DNA of 64,000 nucleotides from sequence record SRR31156797_1064, one strand, 5' to 3'. Below, one piece after another: positions 1 to 9,419 of the stretch (position 1 is its first letter; the number at the start of each line of letters is the position of its first letter). Below the pieces are notes generated by a model, which saw only the letters and a list, made by a program, of their open reading frames with translations, ran no database searches and was not told where the DNA came from. The position numbers were made by a program, and so were the translations under genes.

Positions 1-1179
1 GCCGCTGATATTGCATTCAACACAGGCCATAAGGTGATTGCCCCGGGTCTCGCCGATAATTTCGTACCGTTCGAGACGTTTCAGCTGTTGGATAAAATAA
101 GGGCCTATATCCTGCACATGCTCACAAATCTCATCTCTTTGCATTATCTCAATATTCTTGAGCGCTGCAGCGCAGGAAACCGGGTGGCCCGAGTAGGTGT
201 ATCCGTTGGTGAAATAGGCAGTTTCCGGTGCGTTGTGGCCCGAGATACGATCATACAAGCGGTCGGAGATAATCACCGCACCCATGGGCTGATAGCCGCT
301 GGTTATCCCCTTGGCCGTTGTGATAATATCGGGAACAATCCCCCATTCAGGTTCTGCGGAGAAGAACTGCCCAAGCCTGCCGAAACCGGTGACAACCTCA
401 TCGAGGATGTAGAGAATTTCATATTTCTCACACACCTTTTTCATTGCCTTGTGATAGCCTGGGGGGGGGACCAGAACACCGCCTGAACCCATGATCGGCT
501 CAGCAATGAAACAGGCAACGTTGTCAGGACCGATTTTCAGAATCTTTTTCTCAAACTCATCGACCAGTTGATCGCAGTACTCACTAAGAGATTGCCGCTC
601 GTCACGGCGGTATGGGTTCGGCCCGGTCACGTGATGGACGATATCAGAGATATAATGAAAGTATGTCCTGTCAACTGCTTTACCGGACAGAGAGGCAGTC
701 AGGTAAGAACCGCCGTGGTAGCTTTCAGTTCTCGAGATAATATGTTTTTTCTCGGGCCTGCCAAGGGCGCTGAAATAAAAATGGACAAAACGGATTGCAG
801 AGTCAACCGCACAGGAGCCGCTGGTGGTGAAGTGGACGCGGTTCAAATCTCCTGGAGCTAGCCCTGCCAACACTTCTCCCAGTTCGGCAGAGAGATTATT
901 GGTCATCGCGCCAAACGGCGTATAGTAAACAAGCTCTTCAACCTGTTTGGTTATAGCTTCCGCCATTTCCTGGTTGCCGTATCCGATATTGACACACCAC
1001 ATACCGGCAATGCCGTCGAGATACCTTTTCCCGTCACTATCATACACATGGTACCCTTCACCTCTCTTGATTACATGATCTCCCTTTGTGGAGGCAGTAG
1101 CAAGGTCGGCCCATGGGTGGATAGTATGCCGCTTGTCTTTGGTACTTAATTCTTCGGTTATCCCACTTTCGGCTTCCAT
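1..1179 (-). CDS. PLP-dependent class III (omega) aminotransferase, 3' end outside the window; candidate DMSP-amine aminotransferase
   Basis: Absent from the ORF track because it has no stop in the window. Manual translation from ATG at 1179 (RBS GAGAAAGGA) gives MEAESGITEELSTKDKRHTIHPWADL...YLDGIAGMWCVNIGYG...ESYHGG...FIAEPIMGSGGV...DEVVTGFGRLG...DIITTAKGITSGYQPMGA...GYTYSGHP, all class III aminotransferase motifs. The frame is open to position 1. Confidence 0.92.
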   Translation of the reverse strand, partial: MEAESGITEELSTKDKRHTIHPWADLATASTKGDHVIKRGEGYHVYDSDGKRYLDGIAGMWCVNIGYGNQEMAEAITKQVEELVYYTPFGAMTNNLSAELGEVLAGLAPGDLNRVHFTTSGSCAVDSAIRFVHFYFSALGRPEKKHIISRTESYHGGSYLTASLSGKAVDRTYFHYISDIVHHVTGPNPYRRDERQSLSEYCDQLVDEFEKKILKIGPDNVACFIAEPIMGSGGVLVPPPGYHKAMKKVCEKYEILYILDEVVTGFGRLGQFFSAEPEWGIVPDIITTAKGITSGYQPMGAVIISDRLYDRISGHNAPETAYFTNGYTYSGHPVSCAAALKNIEIMQRDEICEHVQDIGPYFIQQLKRLERYEIIGETRGNHLMACVECNISG

Positions 1180-1193
1180 ATGTCCTTTCTCAA

Positions 1194-1709
1194 TCAGCAT
1201 GCTACCATCACAATTTCACTTGATTCACGGTCATGCTGCTCAAGCTGCTTTTCAATGTAGGCAATCCCTTCCGGACTCACCTCTTCTTTACGGCCGGTAA
1301 TCCAAAAACGGCAGTTTGGGGTTCCACACAAACAGGGAAACTGTCTGAACAGTATATCTTCAGTCTGTGAATAGTCCATGGTCAGCGCCTGTCCGGCATT
1401 GATATCACGTAATGCCCACAGCTCAAACTCGGTCATATCAAGGTGGATATTCGGCGCACAGGAGTGCAGAAGGTACCCGGTGAAATGCGGATCGTACATA
1501 TGTGTTGTGGGGGTTACCTGCAAGGTATGCTGGAGTACAGTCGGCACAATGTTTCCCGTAATCCTGGCAACCATTTCTCCGCGCTTGATGTCTTTTTTGG
1601 TGTAGACACCGGCACCTTTTCCGTCGTCACGTCGGCATACTGTAAAATCTTCTTTTTTCGGGTAACCGCAATTCGGGTCCAAACCATATTCTTCAGGGTA
1701 TATCAGCAT
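1194..1709 (-). CDS. Stand-alone SET/post-SET domain methyltransferase (BurB-like; candidate methionine S-methyltransferase)
   Basis: SET motifs GAGVYT, YLLHSCAPN and ALRDINAGQALTMDY plus post-SET Zn motif CLCGTPNCR. Start placed at ATG 1709 behind a strong RBS (AAAGGAGG). The substrate call is inferred from gene context. Confidence 0.85.
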   Translation of the reverse strand: MLIYPEEYGLDPNCGYPKKEDFTVCRRDDGKGAGVYTKKDIKRGEMVARITGNIVPTVLQHTLQVTPTTHMYDPHFTGYLLHSCAPNIHLDMTEFELWALRDINAGQALTMDYSQTEDILFRQFPCLCGTPNCRFWITGRKEEVSPEGIAYIEKQLEQHDRESSEIVMVAC

Positions 1710-1767
1710 TGTGATCCTCCTTTGTTGTGCATCTATTGAATTCAATCTGTCGCTCTTTTGCTGTTGC

Positions 1768-2991
1768 TTAGCCCAGCAAAAGATATTCTGAAAATTCTCC
1801 TCGCATACAGTGATTGGAACTCATGGAAGAGGTGTATGCTCCGGCGTTAATGAACGCCAACAGATCCCCTTCCTCCATTGGTGGTGCCATAAAATCTTCG
1901 ATGAGTACATCGAGTGCTTCGTTTATATTTCCGGCAACGGTTACCGGGGAAAGGTTAGCGGCCGCGAAATACTCCTTTTTTGAGTTGGGCAGCATGCATG
2001 GAACCGGTTCACATGGCAGTTTGTAGTGGACCGGTTCCATCGTAAGATTAAAGCCACCGTTCACGCCCACAAAACGCTTCCCAGCCTTTGTTTCTACACT
2101 ATTGGCCTCCAGCACCAGTACGCCAGCATCTTTGACAATGTAGGTTCCCGGCTCAACGTTGATTTCATACGATGTATCTCCAAAAACCCGCTTTATGACC
2201 GAAGCCCATTCTGAGAGGTCCAGATGCTTGTCCTCCGTTGTAAGCGGTACACCGAGTCCTCCGCCGAGGTTAATTGCCTCTACGGTCGGGATTCTTTCAA
2301 TCATTTTCAGACATTCCCGGAGAATTTTCTCCCACGCTGGAAGTTGATCGCTGAGATACCCGCAGCCTGTATGAAAATGCACTCTGTCGATACGCAGATC
2401 GTATTGCTGTGCGAGTTGGATAGCCTGCTCAAGTTCAGAAATATATATCCCAAATTTGGTGGGTTTCTCCCCGCTGTAACGCAGCAGCTCGTTAGAAGCG
2501 TATCCTGTGCCCATGGCAGGGTTGATGCGGATACCGATAGACCTGCCGGGAGTACGCTCGCCGATACGTCTGATCATGCTGCAACCATCGGCGTTGAGTT
2601 TTAGATCGGGAAAATTTGTAAGAAAATCAAGATCAGCATTGGATACTGAGGTTGCGGTGTAGGATATGTCTGAGGAATAAAATCCACAGCTCATTGCATG
2701 CCGCACTTCAGCCGGCGAGCAGACATCCACGCCGCATGTGGTTGATGACTTGATCCATGTGAGCAGCGGCCTAAACCGGTTAGCCTTCAGCGCATAGTAA
2801 ACTCTGCTCGGCAGCCCTGTACTTTCAAGAGCCCGCTGTACCCGCGCTATATTTTCGAGAATTCTATCAGCACTATATAAAAAAAGCGGTGTTCCGAGCT
2901 GCTCACCCATTTTTTGTACCTCTTTGCCTGCAAAGGTGACCTGGTTTTTCTCATTATAGGCTAACCCCTTTCTCTCCCACCATAATTCCAT
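1768..2991 (-). CDS. PLP fold-III decarboxylase of the LysA/ODC family (candidate S-methylmethionine decarboxylase)
   Basis: YALKAN (PLP lysine), HFHTG, NLGGGLG, EPGTY, GAYTSSMSSN. The usual GPxCESxD loop of LysA reads GNINEALD. Confidence 0.85.
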   Translation of the reverse strand: MELWWERKGLAYNEKNQVTFAGKEVQKMGEQLGTPLFLYSADRILENIARVQRALESTGLPSRVYYALKANRFRPLLTWIKSSTTCGVDVCSPAEVRHAMSCGFYSSDISYTATSVSNADLDFLTNFPDLKLNADGCSMIRRIGERTPGRSIGIRINPAMGTGYASNELLRYSGEKPTKFGIYISELEQAIQLAQQYDLRIDRVHFHTGCGYLSDQLPAWEKILRECLKMIERIPTVEAINLGGGLGVPLTTEDKHLDLSEWASVIKRVFGDTSYEINVEPGTYIVKDAGVLVLEANSVETKAGKRFVGVNGGFNLTMEPVHYKLPCEPVPCMLPNSKKEYFAAANLSPVTVAGNINEALDVLIEDFMAPPMEEGDLLAFINAGAYTSSMSSNHCMRGEFSEYLLLG

Positions 2992-3040
2992 GGATACATC
3001 ACTCCGAAAATATTGTAGTTTTATCGTTGGAACTGTGGTG

Positions 3041-4246
3041 CTACGCGACCGCCATTGCAGAAATGTCGAGCGCTTCTTGCAGCTGAGACACCTTGTTGGT
3101 TTGCTCCCAAGGAAAGATATCTCTGCCGAAGTGACCGGCCACTGCGGTCTGCCTGTAGCTCCAGCCGCGAGGTTTGGTCAGTTCCAGGTCACGGGCGATG
3201 GATGCCGGACGGAAGTCAAAAATTTCTCCAGCTTCAAGAACTTCCTGTATCCTCGACTCCTCAACCGTACCTGTACCAAAGGTATCGATATTGATGCTGA
3301 GAGGCTTGGCAACACCAATCGCATAGGCAACCTGGATTTCACACTTCTCTGCAAGCCCTGCCGCAACAACATTTTTAGCAGCATATCGTGCATAGTAGGC
3401 AGCAGAGCGGTCAACTTTGGATGGATCTTTTCCTGAGAATGCGCCACCACCGTGGCAGCCGACACCGCCATAGGTATCGACGATTATTTTTCTCCCTGTC
3501 AACCCAGCATCACCGTGAGGACCGCCAATGACAAATTTACCGGTCGGGTTAATAAAAAACTGGGTATCTTCAGTGAGAAGACTTGTTGGGGTGAGTACCG
3601 TTTTGGCAACATCAATCAAGTCCTTGCGGATTATCTCAAGGTCGATATCGTCAGTCTGGTGAGAGATAACAATGGAGGTAATTCTTGTTGGTGTACCGTC
3701 AACATGTTCTACGGAAACCTGGGTTTTTGCATCCGGGCGAAGATATGCTATGTCGCCCTTCTTCCTGACATTCTGCAGAGCTTCCAGGAGCAGGTGGCTG
3801 TAATAAATCGGTGCAGGCATAAGAGACGGGGTAGAGCTTGTAGCATAACCAAACATCATGCCCTGATCTCCGGCACCCTGCTCAGTAAAGAGCCCTGCAC
3901 CTTCCAGTACCCCTTGAGCAATATCTGCTGACTGCGGATGGATATGACAAAGATATTTGAATGTGTCGCAGGAGAATAGAAGCTCAGCACGGTCATAGCC
4001 GATGTCCTTTACAACGTCCCTTGCGATTTTCTCCGGATCGATATTTGCCCAGCCATTACAGGTTATTTCACCCAGGTTGGCGACAAAGTCTGTGGTGACT
4101 GCGGTCTCACAAGCCACCTTGCTTTTGCTGTCCTGTTCAAGACAGGCATCAAGAATAGCGTCTGAGATCTGATCACAAACCTTATCGGGATGTCCTTCAC
4201 TCACTGACTCTGACGTAAAAACGTGATTACTCTGCAGTTTACTCAT
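3041..4246 (-). CDS. metK: S-adenosylmethionine synthetase
   Basis: FTSESVSEGHPDK, GAGDQG, GGGAFSGKDPSKVDRS signatures. Confidence 0.98.
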   Translation of the reverse strand: MSKLQSNHVFTSESVSEGHPDKVCDQISDAILDACLEQDSKSKVACETAVTTDFVANLGEITCNGWANIDPEKIARDVVKDIGYDRAELLFSCDTFKYLCHIHPQSADIAQGVLEGAGLFTEQGAGDQGMMFGYATSSTPSLMPAPIYYSHLLLEALQNVRKKGDIAYLRPDAKTQVSVEHVDGTPTRITSIVISHQTDDIDLEIIRKDLIDVAKTVLTPTSLLTEDTQFFINPTGKFVIGGPHGDAGLTGRKIIVDTYGGVGCHGGGAFSGKDPSKVDRSAAYYARYAAKNVVAAGLAEKCEIQVAYAIGVAKPLSINIDTFGTGTVEESRIQEVLEAGEIFDFRPASIARDLELTKPRGWSYRQTAVAGHFGRDIFPWEQTNKVSQLQEALDISAMAVA

Positions 4247-4284
4247 AATGTTCCTTTCTGTATTTCGTTTGCGTACTCTTGATA

Positions 4285-5778
4285 TTAATAGCGATAATGA
4301 TCCGGCTTGTATGGTCCATCAACGGATACACCGATATAATCGGCCTGGTCTGGAGTCATTCTGGTTAGGGTCGCACCGAGTTTATCCAGATGCAGCTGTG
4401 CCACTTCCTCGTCGAGCTTCTTATCGAGGACGTGGACACCGATTTCTTTACTTTCCCTGTTAAGCCAGAGATCAATTTGTGCGAGCACCTGGTTGGTAAA
4501 GCTGTTTGACATAACAAAGCTTGGATGACCTGTTGCACACCCAAGGTTCACTAGTCGGCCTTCTGCCAGCAGATAGATGGAATGCCCATCTTCGAAGGTG
4601 TATTTATCTACCTGCGGTTTGATGGTTGTCCGTTTTACACCCGGCCAGTTGTCGAGTGCATCAACCTGAATTTCGTTATCGAAGTGGCCGATGTTACAGA
4701 CGATTGCCTGGTCCTTCATCTTGCTCATATGCTCTGCGGTGATAATGTCTTTGTTACCGGTTGTGGTTACATAAATATCAGCAGTCGGCAATGCCTGTTC
4801 AACGGTGCATACCGTGTAACCTGCCATACATCCCTGCAGGGCACAGATGGGATCCACCTCTGAGACAAGGATTCTGCATTTCTGTCCGGCAAGAGACTCG
4901 GCCGAGCCTTTACCAACATCGCCAAAACCACAAATCATTGCAGTTTTACCGGCAAGCATCACGTCCATGGCGCGACACAGACCGTCAACGAGGGAGTGGC
5001 GGCAGCCAAATACATTATCAAACTTGGATTTGGTGACGGAATCGTTCACATTAATTGCCGGAACAAGCAGGGAACCTTCTTTCTGCATCTGATACAATCT
5101 ATGCACCCCTGTGGTGGTTTCCTCTGAAACACCCTGCCAGCTCTTGGCGGCGCGCTGCCAGAATTCAGGATCTCCGGCATGAACACCGCTCAGAAGTGCC
5201 ATTACAATATTGAGTTCCCGGTTGCCGGTATCTTCTTTCAGCAGCTCAGGATTCTTTTCAACATCTACACCCTTGTGAATCAACAGCGTTGCATCCCCGC
5301 CGTCATCAACGATCAGCTGCGGAGTCTTGCCATCAGGCCAGGTCATGGCTCTAAACGTACACCACCAGTACTCTTCGAGTGTTTCGCCTTTCCAGGCAAA
5401 AACAGGAATTCCTTCTGCCGCAATCGCTGCCGCTGCGTGGTCCTGTGTTGAGAAGATGTTACAGCTTGCCCAGCGTACATCGGCACCCAGGGCAACCAGT
5501 GTCTCGATGAGGACTGCGGTCTGAATAGTCATATGGAGACTACCCATAATTCTTACGCCCTGAAGAGGCTTCAGTTGTCCATATTTTTCCCGTGTCGCCA
5601 TCAGGCCGGGCATTTCCTGCTCTGCTATTTCAATTTCCCGTCGACCCCATTCGGCGAGACCAAGATCTGCAACCTTGTAGTCAGAAGCATTGTCACCAAG
5701 AGCTTCAGCCATAATGGCTTGAAAGCCGTTGCTACTTGTATTTACTGATGCGGCTGGTTCATCTCCATCAAAAGACAT
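4285..5778 (-). CDS. ahcY: S-adenosyl-L-homocysteine hydrolase
   Basis: [49 protein letters not shown] and C-terminal KPDHYRY. RBS GAGGAA before ATG 5778. Confidence 0.98.
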   Translation of the reverse strand: MSFDGDEPAASVNTSSNGFQAIMAEALGDNASDYKVADLGLAEWGRREIEIAEQEMPGLMATREKYGQLKPLQGVRIMGSLHMTIQTAVLIETLVALGADVRWASCNIFSTQDHAAAAIAAEGIPVFAWKGETLEEYWWCTFRAMTWPDGKTPQLIVDDGGDATLLIHKGVDVEKNPELLKEDTGNRELNIVMALLSGVHAGDPEFWQRAAKSWQGVSEETTTGVHRLYQMQKEGSLLVPAINVNDSVTKSKFDNVFGCRHSLVDGLCRAMDVMLAGKTAMICGFGDVGKGSAESLAGQKCRILVSEVDPICALQGCMAGYTVCTVEQALPTADIYVTTTGNKDIITAEHMSKMKDQAIVCNIGHFDNEIQVDALDNWPGVKRTTIKPQVDKYTFEDGHSIYLLAEGRLVNLGCATGHPSFVMSNSFTNQVLAQIDLWLNRESKEIGVHVLDKKLDEEVAQLHLDKLGATLTRMTPDQADYIGVSVDGPYKPDHYRY

Positions 5779-5909
5779 TTTTGTTCCTCTTTGTAAATTT
5801 ACAGTATCCCACTAACGGGCGAGTCTTGCTGTGAACAGACCTTTGCAGCTCTAGTGTAGCTTCAGGCGCAATCAGCGGGTTCCACCTATCAGCGCTTCTT
5901 TGTTGGTAT

Positions 5910-6890
5910 CTATTTAAAACTGGCAGAGGTACGCAACTCCTGCCACTGATTCTCAGGAAGAGTTGTCCCTTCACAGGCTACAACGGCACCACCAAGCAAT
6001 GCTCCAATACTGCCGCTTTTTTGCAAGGATTTACCGGAAAGCAGACCATAGAGAAATCCTGCGGCCCAGAAGTCCCCGGCACCGGTCGTGTCAATAACCT
6101 GCTCAACAATGGTTGCAGGTACATGACAACACTCCCCTGCATGGCAGAGCAAGGCTCCTTTTTCTCCAACCTTCACGGCAGCCGTCTCGCAAAGCTCAGC
6201 CAGGGACTCAAGTCCTGTTTGCGGATTACTGCTGCCTGCAAATGCTTCAGCCTCTTCCTCATTGGCAAAAACGATGTCGACATATTCTGCCAGGAGATCG
6301 TGAAGAACGGGCCGACTTGCGTGAACGACCTCAAAAGAGGCCAAGTCAACACTGACAGTGCAACCAGCATCCTTAGCGGCCCCTAGTGTTGCCTGCATAA
6401 GATCGGGATTGAAGAGTACATAGCCCTCGATATGCGCATGACCGCAACCAATGAAGTCTTCCTTGGCTACATGTTCCGGTGCAAATGTCATAGCAGCACC
6501 AAGATGGGTACGCATGGTTCGCTCGGCATCCGGTGTAACCAGGCTCAGGCACTGTGCCGTTGGCAGGTTGGGCATAACGCGGATCGCTGTGTCATCGCCT
6601 CCAGCTTTCAGCAGTTGATCTCGGAAGAAATTCCCAGCGTGATCATTACCAAGAGCGCCTAAGAAACGACTGGGCATCCCTAAACGGGCCAGGGCAAAAC
6701 TCGTATTACCTGCGCTGCCACCCGGAGTGTAATCAGGCTGGGTGGGTAGTTTTTCTGAAATATTTGCTAAAGTGGCTGAATCGACGAGCTCCATGCCGCC
6801 TTTTTCTCCACCTACTTTTTCTAGAAAACCCTCTTGCACCTGGATAACCTGGTCAACTACAGGTGATCCAACACATATGACGGGTTTCAT
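5910..6890 (-). CDS. PfkB/ribokinase-family kinase, adenosine-kinase-like
   Basis: GGSAGNT, ERTMRTHLGAA, FANEEEA, DTTGAGD. Start moved to ATG 6890 (MKPVICVG), which lies downstream of the sigma54 promoter. Confidence 0.85.
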   Translation of the reverse strand: MKPVICVGSPVVDQVIQVQEGFLEKVGGEKGGMELVDSATLANISEKLPTQPDYTPGGSAGNTSFALARLGMPSRFLGALGNDHAGNFFRDQLLKAGGDDTAIRVMPNLPTAQCLSLVTPDAERTMRTHLGAAMTFAPEHVAKEDFIGCGHAHIEGYVLFNPDLMQATLGAAKDAGCTVSVDLASFEVVHASRPVLHDLLAEYVDIVFANEEEAEAFAGSSNPQTGLESLAELCETAAVKVGEKGALLCHAGECCHVPATIVEQVIDTTGAGDFWAAGFLYGLLSGKSLQKSGSIGALLGGAVVACEGTTLPENQWQELRTSASFK

Positions 6891-7085
6891 GGCACTATTC
6901 TCTCTCATGTTTTTTCCAAATAAAGCATTGCCACTGTTCATTCGACTGTAGCGCAGCTTGACGTTGCACATAACTTGGTCTGTATGCTTGCGATTGTATT
7001 GAAATGAGCTGCTAAGAGTTGTTCCGAGAGTCCTGCTATGGACATCTGTTGAAATAACTGCTGATTTGTTTTGCAAATGCTACAG

Positions 7086-7102
7086 AGCAATAAGCATTCC
7101 AG
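7086..7102 (-). promoter_or_regulatory. Sigma54 (-24/-12) promoter of the pfkB-ahcY-metK-decarboxylase-SET-aminotransferase operon
   Basis: Minus strand reads CTGGAATGCTTATTGCT: exact GG-N10-GC spacing with the TTGC box, beside a divergent sigma54 activator gene. Confidence 0.75.
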
Positions 7103-7233
7103 CCCTGTATCAGCATGCTTTCCCGGTAACCCCAAATCGGCGGATAGCTTTGCGTGGTAAGGGCATGCAGCCAAACAGATTTTCTATAACATTTAGAAAT
7201 TACTGGTAGATGCAAACAAGGAAAGGCGGATAG

Positions 7234-7291
7234 TGAGAAATATGTGCCGCCTTTTTACCATAGCCTGAATGATGTGGGCATATTTTTCCCA
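7234..7291. promoter_or_regulatory. Two candidate enhancer (UAS) sites for the sigma54 activator
   Basis: TGAGAAATATGTGCCGC (7234-7250) and TGGGCATATTTTTCCCA (7275-7291; reverse complement TGGGAAAAATATGCCCA), 41 bp apart and about 130-190 bp upstream of the -24 element. Confidence 0.5.
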
Positions 7292-7451
7292 TGTAGATAG
7301 TGTTGGGAAAATTGATGGACCCAGTGAGTAGTAATCAGTCAGATAATGAAAAAAGTAAAAAAATACCTAAAATTGAGGTTTAAGGGGAGCGTGTTGTATC
7401 GTCAGAATTATTATCTTCTGTTTTTCCTTGTAAAATGGAGGAAAGATGATA

Positions 7452-7468
7452 TGTAAAATATGTGCTCA
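7452..7468. promoter_or_regulatory. Third copy of the 17-bp motif, candidate autoregulatory site
   Basis: TGTAAAATATGTGCTCA, about 70 bp upstream of the activator start codon. Confidence 0.4.
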
Positions 7469-7539
7469 ATGCAAGATGAGAGGTCTCAAATTTTACCCCT
7501 TATTGAATCCATTCCCCTTTATACAACAACAGCTCTTCT

Positions 7540-8916
7540 ATGGAAAACGACCCCCAAAAAATAAAAATTATTTGTGTTGATGAAGGGAGAGGTCTTGCGC
7601 AGCAGGTCAGGAAACTTTATTCAGAACCCCGACTGCATCTTGCGTACGAAAAAACCATTGAAGAAGTGGTTGATCGATTTGAGCACGAATCTTTTGATAT
7701 TATGCTTTTTTCAAGTTCTGTAACCCACCAGCATCCGTCATCGGCGCTTGAGATTCTTGAGATAATTACAGCCAAATGCCCGGAAACACAGATCCTGTTT
7801 TTTGCCCATCCCAGGCGCCTTAAAATCGCTAATCAGGCTCTTCGTGCTGGTGCATTCCACTACTCACTGTTGCCAGTAAGTGATGAGGAGCTGAAGCTGC
7901 TTATTGAAACAGCGGTGGAGAGAAAACCCCAGCTAGGCTTGAACCTGCTGCTTCGCTCCGAGGTTGAAAAAACAACTTTTGAACAAATGGTTGGTCGTTC
8001 AACTGCAATGCGGCAGGTCTATCGTCAGATACGACAGGCAGCGGTAACGGACATCCCGGTTCTTATCTCAGGTGAGACTGGAACGGGCAAAGAACTGGCC
8101 GCACAGGCAATTCATGAGCTGAGCGATCGCTCAAATGAACCATGTATACCTGTACATATCGGTAGTCTGCCATCTGATCTGGTTGCCAGTGAACTGTTCG
8201 GTCATGAGGCTGGTGCGTTTACCGGCGCAAATGAACTGCGCAAGGGGTGTTTTGAGCTGGCTGCTGGAGGCACCATATTTCTTGATGAGATCGCTACCAT
8301 TGACCAGAAAATGCAGGTGAGTCTATTGAGGCTGCTCGAGACAAAATCGTTCCACCGTCTCGGCAGTCAGAACGATATCGATGTGGATGTGCGGGTCATC
8401 GCTGCCTCTAATGCTGATCTCATGAATGAAATTCGCAGGGGCAACTTTCGTGAAGACCTCTACTACCGGCTGGATGTACTTCACATTATCATGCCCCCCC
8501 TGAGGGAACGCCATGGGGATCTGCACCTGCTTGTGGACCATTTTATCAAGCAGTCGTGTGAAGAGTTTCAAAAGGCGATTCGCGGTATCAGCCCCATTTT
8601 TTTTAACTGTATAGATTCCTATAAATGGCCAGGCAATGTGCGCGAGCTTAAAAATGTTTTGCAGCGGGCTGTCATCAACTGCCAGGAGGATGTTCTCGAT
8701 GTTGTCCATCTCCCTGAACGCTTAATGAACAGTCAACATGATGATATTGCCATACCCATTCGCGTCGGGATGAGTCTTGCTGAAGTGGAAAAAGAAGTTA
8801 TTGTTAGAACCCTGGAATACACCAGGTATAACCGCACCAGCGCAGCAGAGATATTAGGTATCTCCCGCCGCGCTCTGTACAATAAGATTCAGAAGCTTAA
8901 CTTGGGCGCTTTCTGA
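7540..8916 (+). CDS. Sigma54-dependent enhancer-binding protein (NtrC family) with a degenerate receiver domain
   Basis: GETGTGKE, ELFGHEAGAFTGA, FLDEI, FREDLYYRL, WPGNVRELKN and a C-terminal Fis HTH (NRTSAAEILGISRRALYNKI). Confidence 0.95.
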   Translation: MENDPQKIKIICVDEGRGLAQQVRKLYSEPRLHLAYEKTIEEVVDRFEHESFDIMLFSSSVTHQHPSSALEILEIITAKCPETQILFFAHPRRLKIANQALRAGAFHYSLLPVSDEELKLLIETAVERKPQLGLNLLLRSEVEKTTFEQMVGRSTAMRQVYRQIRQAAVTDIPVLISGETGTGKELAAQAIHELSDRSNEPCIPVHIGSLPSDLVASELFGHEAGAFTGANELRKGCFELAAGGTIFLDEIATIDQKMQVSLLRLLETKSFHRLGSQNDIDVDVRVIAASNADLMNEIRRGNFREDLYYRLDVLHIIMPPLRERHGDLHLLVDHFIKQSCEEFQKAIRGISPIFFNCIDSYKWPGNVRELKNVLQRAVINCQEDVLDVVHLPERLMNSQHDDIAIPIRVGMSLAEVEKEVIVRTLEYTRYNRTSAAEILGISRRALYNKIQKLNLGAF

Positions 8917-9354
8917 TTATTAAATTTTTACGCCGCCCACGAACATGGTCACAGATTATGTCTCAGGGTAATGAACATCACATTTATAGTACGGAAAGGC
9001 CGAGGATTCTTTGGTTACTTCCGACTGAATAAGGCCGGTGGGTACTTCTGTGGGATGATGCCAGTAAATTGCCAATTCAATCAAGTCGGGCTATTGTGCT
9101 GAAACAGGCAGTAGGTTAGCATTTCCGACCTGCCAGTCTTATCCTGGACAGGAAGTGTCTAAGTTTCCGGATTTGCATAAATAGTTAACATTGCCAGTAA
9201 TAACTTTTTCAATTGCTTTGGAGGCGTTTCCCGTCTCTAACACGAAGAATTCCAACGGCTATTCTCCGAGAAAAACTTTCTATTTTCATTGCAGCTTGCG
9301 TTGTAAAACTAGGGTGTGTCGTATCAGGTGATCACCTGGTGTAAGTGAAAGTTA

Positions 9355-9390
9355 TTGACAGAACTGCCGGGCGGGGTAGACTGGTCTGTA
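9355..9390 (+). promoter_or_regulatory. Candidate sigma70 promoter and TetR operator
   Basis: TTGACA (9355-9360), 16-bp spacer, TAGACT (9377-9382), overlapped by the near-palindrome TAGACTGGTCTG. Confidence 0.45.
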
Positions 9391-9419
9391 TAGTTAAGTG
9401 TTTAAGGAGGGTTTCTGTT

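Noticed and set aside
34-1300. Plus-strand ORFs at 34-486, 568-861 and 1088-1300
   Set aside because: Antisense shadows of the minus-strand aminotransferase and SET genes. The same applies to most short overlapping ORFs in the track.
1768-2991. Calling this gene lysA
   Set aside because: Active-site loop substitutions and gene context argue against DAP decarboxylase.
5779-5909. SAH riboswitch upstream of ahcY (minus-strand GAAGCGCTG resembles part of the consensus)
   Set aside because: The CCAGGCUC and CAACGxCGCUC elements and the pseudoknot pairing are not visible. An Rfam scan would settle it.
6891-7076. 62-aa N-terminal extension of the PfkB ORF, or a SAM riboswitch in this leader
   Set aside because: The extension begins at the predicted transcription start with no RBS, and no SAM riboswitch consensus is recognisable.
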